A stretch of 62,938 nucleotides of DNA, filler included, from Thraustochytrium aureum (lineage: Eukaryota), in assembly GCA_012862495.1 (NCBI GenBank). It is 7 parts of 3 records of this genome, joined end to end, with 100 filler letters (N's around TTAATTAATTAA, not from the genome) between each part and the next. Parts side by side here need not be neighbours in the genome. Positions count along the whole stretch, not along the records: positions 56,616 to 59,014 come from BLSG01000137.1; positions 59,115 to 62,938 come from BLSG01000139.1; 5 more parts are not named here. The stretch is one strand, 5' to 3'. The first letter of the stretch is position 1; every line of letters begins with the position of its first letter. Made by a program: the position numbers and the translations under genes. The notes below the pieces were generated by a model. The model saw only the letters and a list, made by a program, of their open reading frames with translations, did not search any database and was not told the DNA's origin. This document shows, in pieces, positions 58,951 to 62,938 of the stretch.

Positions 58951-59014
58951 ACGGGACCTCGAGTGGGCTCTGGAGCTCAACCGCCTCGCGGCGCAGCGGC
59001 ATTCGCGCCTGCAG

Positions 59015-59114
59015 NNNNNNNNNNNNNNNNNNNNNNNNNNNNNNNNNNNNNNNNNNNNTTAATTAATTAANNNNNNNNNNNNNNNNNNNNNNNNNNNNNN
59101 NNNNNNNNNNNNNN
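59015..59114. other. Artificial scaffold linker
   Basis: TTAATTAATTAA at 59059-59070. Confidence 0.97.
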
Positions 59115-60853
59115 TCCTCCTCCTCCTCCTCCTCCTCCTCCTCTTCATCATCATCGTCGTCGTCATCGTCGTCTTCGTCGTCGACTTCAGCGAGTCGATC
59201 AAGAGGACGCCGCTCCAGTCGTCGTCGTCGTCGTCGTCGTCAGGACTCGCGCAAGTCAGCGTCCTCGTCAACTTCCAGGTCATCTTCCCGCTCCAGGTCA
59301 TCTTCCCGATCATCCGCATCTCGGTCGTCCCGATCATCCGCGTCTCTGTCGCGGTCGCGGCGGTCTCGATCAGCCTCATCAAGTCACTCCCGCTCCCGCT
59401 CTGCGGCTCGTTCTCGCCGCAGGCGGAATTCGAGCTCGAAGAGGAGGTCAGGGTCTGGAGCTAGGGAGCGCACAAGGCGCTCGAGCCCTGGCAAGGACGA
59501 GTCAGCGCGGAGCCAGCAGAGGACACGGAAGCCCAGTAATCGAAGTGGCGCGAAACGTTCGAGGTAGTCGAGTCGCTCGACTCAAAGTGGCGCGAAACGT
59601 TCGAGGTAGTCGAGTCGCTCGACTCAAAGTGGCGCGAAACGTTCGAGGTAGTCGAGTCGCTCGACAGGGGCAAGTCGGGCGGGAGCCGTACGTAGAAGTA
59701 AGTCCTTAGTTTCGAATCATTTTGGGGCGAGCCGCGAGGAACGTGGCTACCGACCAAACAAATAAAGCTGTTCGAACCGCGCGCCGCCCCGCAACTGGCA
59801 CTCGCCGATCTGGCGAGGCCAAGTGCCCTCGGAGAGAGGCCGCGCGGACCTCAGGCTGCCACCGACTTTTCGAAGAGGACCAAGGCGGCATCCTTGTGCC
59901 CGGGCAGAACCGTGGCGAAAAGGTCTGCTAAGCAATCAGGCACGAAGGCAACGACCGAACGACTGCCCGTGGCCAGAGCCAAGTTGATCCAGTATCGAGC
60001 ATGCGCTAGCGCCTCAGCTGAGCAGACATGCGGCCGGCAGTCAAACGCAAGCCTGGTACAATAGATGGTGAATGTACAAAGTGACCCCAGGGGCTCGTCC
60101 CTGTCGATGATCTCCCCTATGCTGCAGGTGGTCGAGCCAAGCTGCGCAAAGCAGTTCCGTTGCTGCCCAAACGCACCAAACCCATCCGACGAGACCTCAA
60201 AGGTGGACGTCGAGGCATCATCGCGAACATCCGAGCCACCTGGCTCTGAGGCGTTGGAGCCATGCGCAAAGCGCGAAGCGCGCTCAAAGCTCTCGGCTCC
60301 GGTCGGACACGGCGCAGCGCCCGACCGAGGGGCTGGCGAGAGCGAACCCGCGCAAAGCCAATACACTAGGTCCGGGGTGAGGTCGTACACGTCCCAGTAC
60401 TGGAGAAGCAGGCCCGTGTCGCAGCACTGAGCGAGCGCCGAGCAGACCACACCAAGACTCGAGGCGCGCTCCAAGTTGTCCGTTTGCGGGGGCGCAAGGC
60501 GGAGGGCGCGATGGTTGGAGATCGCCTCGGACAAAGCTTGAAACTCGGCGCTCTCGCTCAGGACGTGATAGCCCCAGGACGCAACGGGCTGCATAGCCGC
60601 GTTGGTCGAAACCCTGCACGATTGGTGGTTCCACCTAAACGCAAGGTGGCGAACGCGCTTCACACGGTGGTTGGAGAGCGGGCCGACCTGGTCCAGCCCG
60701 TAGCGCCTGACGGCCTCTTCCAGTCCCAGTCCGACGAACGAGCTCGAGATTTTCACGTCTTCCACGTATCCGTTCGCCCCGTCGACGCGGATCGTGTCCA
60801 CGCCGACGATTTCGCCGTCGACTTCCACACCAAACACAAAAGTCTCGCGAAAA
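59115..60853 (-). CDS. Hypothetical protein fragment: GNAT-like segment, 14-aa repeats and acidic low-complexity tail (frame broken several times)
   Basis: FVFGVEVDGEIVG..GYVEDVKISSSFVGLGL..; SSDSTTSNVSRHFE repeats; D/E-encoding GAC/GAG runs at 59115-59240. Confidence 0.4.
59543..59665 (+). repeat. 42-bp perfect tandem repeat x3
   Basis: AAGTGGCGCGAAACGTTCGAGGTAGTCGAGTCGCTCGAC(TCA) at 59543, 59585 and 59627. Confidence 0.92.
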
Positions 60854-62106
60854 NNNNNNNNNNNNNNNNNNNNNNNNNNNNNNNNNNNNNNNNNNNNNNN
60901 NNNNNNNNNNNNNNNNNNNNNNNNNNNNNNNNNNNNNNNNNNNNNNNNNNNNNNNNNNNNNNNNNNNNNNNNNNNNNNNNNNNNNNNNNNNNNNNNNNNN
61001 NNNNNNNNNNNNNNNNNNNNNNNNNNNNNNNNNNNNNNNNNNNNNNNNNNNNNNNNNNNNNNNNNNNNNNNNNNNNNNNNNNNNNNNNNNNNNNNNNNNN
61101 NNNNNNNNNNNNNNNNNNNNNNNNNNNNNNNNNNNNNNNNNNNNNNNNNNNNNNNNNNNNNNNNNNNNNNNNNNNNNNNNNNNNNNNNNNNNNNNNNNNN
61201 NNNNNNNNNNNNNNNNNNNNNNNNNNNNNNNNNNNNNNNNNNNNNNNNNNNNNNNNNNNNNNNNNNNNNNNNNNNNNNNNNNNNNNNNNNNNNNNNNNNN
61301 NNNNNNNNNNNNNNNNNNNNNNNNNNNNNNNNNNNNNNNNNNNNNNNNNNNNNNNNNNNNNNNNNNNNNNNNNNNNNNNNNNNNNNNNNNNNNNNNNNNN
61401 NNNNNNNNNNNNNNNNNNNNNNNNNNNNNNNNNNNNNNNNNNNNNNNNNNNNNNNNNNNNNNNNNNNNNNNNNNNNNNNNNNNNNNNNNNNNNNNNNNNN
61501 NNNNNNNNNNNNNNNNNNNNNNNNNNNNNNNNNNNNNNNNNNNNNNNNNNNNNNNNNNNNNNNNNNNNNNNNNNNNNNNNNNNNNNNNNNNNNNNNNNNN
61601 NNNNNNNNNNNNNNNNNNNNNNNNNNNNNNNNNNNNNNNNNNNNNNNNNNNNNNNNNNNNNNNNNNNNNNNNNNNNNNNNNNNNNNNNNNNNNNNNNNNN
61701 NNNNNNNNNNNNNNNNNNNNNNNNNNACGCGTCTCTCTCTGCGGCTCTCTCGTGGACTTTTCTTCGCAAGGCGCATTGTCCGTCCCGCTCCCGCCTTCCC
61801 TCGATAAACCCTCACACGGATTTCGACTTGGCCGAGCAAACGTGCTCTTGCGTTCTCGCGCGGCGCTCGCCATTGGTGGGAGATGCTGGCTGGACGGGAC
61901 CCAATGATGGACGGGTCATTCAACGCGGTGGTGCCTTCCGCGCTGCGGCTCACGCGCAAGTGTTCTACTACCTACTGCGCATGTCCGAGTGTGGTCGCGC
62001 ATCGATGTTCACATTCATTCAAGCAAGCAGCTGCAACGCAGTTCGAAGGCATCGAGAGCAAAGACGAGGGGAAGAAGTAGTTGTTGCGTGTATTGCTGCT
62101 GGTGGA

Positions 62107-62938
62107 TCAGTGGTGGAAGAGGCGGATGCCGGTCATGGCCATTGCCATACCGTACTCGTCGCAGGCCTGCACAATCTGCTCGTCCTGCACACTGCCGCCG
62201 GTCTGCGCCACGAAGGACACGCCGAGCTTCGAGGCGACGTCGATAGGGTCGCGGAAGGGAAAGAAGGCATCCGAGGAGAGCGCGACGCCGGAAAAGCCGG
62301 CCATGAACGCCGCCTTCTCCTCCTCGGTGAGCGGAGCAGGAACCTCATCAAACTGGCCCTCCCACTGCTTGCGCTCAATGTCAGAAAAGTCGCCCTCAAT
62401 GTAGCGAACGCGCGCGTTGATGCGATCCTGGCGCTTGACACTCGGCTTGAACTTGAGGCCAAGGACCTTGGGGTGTTGGCGAAGCGCCCAAACAGCGACC
62501 TTGCGGCCCCGCCAACTTGGTGCAGTCCACACGGCTCTGCTGGCCGGCGCCAACGCCAATAGCCTGGCCGTTCTTCGCAAAAGCGATAGAGTTGCTCTGC
62601 GTGTACTTGAGCGCGATGGTCGCCACAATGAGGTCGCGCTTGGCTTCCTCCGACAGGACGCCGGCCTTGGTCACGACCTTGTCCAACGACGAGAGGGTGA
62701 TCTTGGCGTCGTTCCGCTTCTGCATAAAGCCCTGGCCAAAGATCTCGCGGTACTCGGTCTCGGGAGGCGTAAAGCTCGTGTCCGCCTTGAGCACAATAAA
62801 GCTGCCGCCCTTCTTGGCCTTGAGGATCTCGAGAGCCTCCGGCTCGTACCCAGGCGCGACGATGCCGTCGGACACCTCGGTCTTGAGCACCATGGCGGTC
62901 TCCTTGTCAACCACGTCGGAGAGCGCAGCGAAATCGCC
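62107..62938 (-). CDS. ATIC: AICAR transformylase/IMP cyclohydrolase, C-terminal part (frameshift near 62510)
   Basis: [67 protein letters not shown]. Confidence 0.95.

Noticed and set aside
11027..59070. Six identical TTAATTAATTAA elements
   Set aside because: Each is flanked by exactly 44 N on both sides and stops all six frames: an artificial concatenation linker. Cross-linker gene clusters are not real.
59543..59665. CRISPR-like array
   Set aside because: Units are contiguous with no unique spacers, there are no cas genes, and the context is eukaryotic.
447..62938. Widespread frameshifts as programmed frameshifting, RNA editing or pseudogenisation
   Set aside because: They hit essential genes (NOP2 near 9560, ATIC near 62510, proB, NUDC), go in both directions, and those I reconstructed are +/-1 changes in short homopolymers, typical of low-coverage pyrosequencing-type error.

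Overview
This is not a prokaryotic locus. It is a GC-rich, intron-poor eukaryotic draft assembly; gene content and style suggest a stramenopile protist, possibly a thraustochytrid/labyrinthulid (inference). Seven unrelated scaffolds are joined by artificial 100-nt N44-TTAATTAATTAA-N44 linkers at about 11.0, 29.8, 40.6, 48.2, 56.6 and 59.1 kb, so gene neighbourhoods are meaningful only within a scaffold. Many genes are cut by N-gaps and by single-base indels, several in short homopolymers, which look like sequencing errors. Recognisable genes: NOP2, AMMECR1, ACADM, a zeta-toxin-like kinase, GT31, an ABHD/YheT hydrolase, a GH35 fragment, a TENT4/Trf4-like nucleotidyltransferase, USP48-like, COQ9, a Ca3427-like binding protein, DCC1-like, a tandem-C1 protein, proB, NudC, MUS81, PGAM5 and ATIC. 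Most interesting: (1) a signal-peptide-bearing, bacterial-type AdoMetDC-[gap]-aminopropyltransferase-VHL-like fusion resembling the diatom long-chain-polyamine synthesis fusions; (2) COQ9 with a C-terminal potato-inhibitor-I-like domain; (3) a PH domain fused to an LPAAT/LCLAT-family acyltransferase lacking its catalytic His; (4) a degenerate, possibly domesticated DUF6729/Mutator-like transposase with an HhH insertion; (5) several uncharacterised Cys-rich surface proteins. All family calls come from motif recognition by eye, not database searches.
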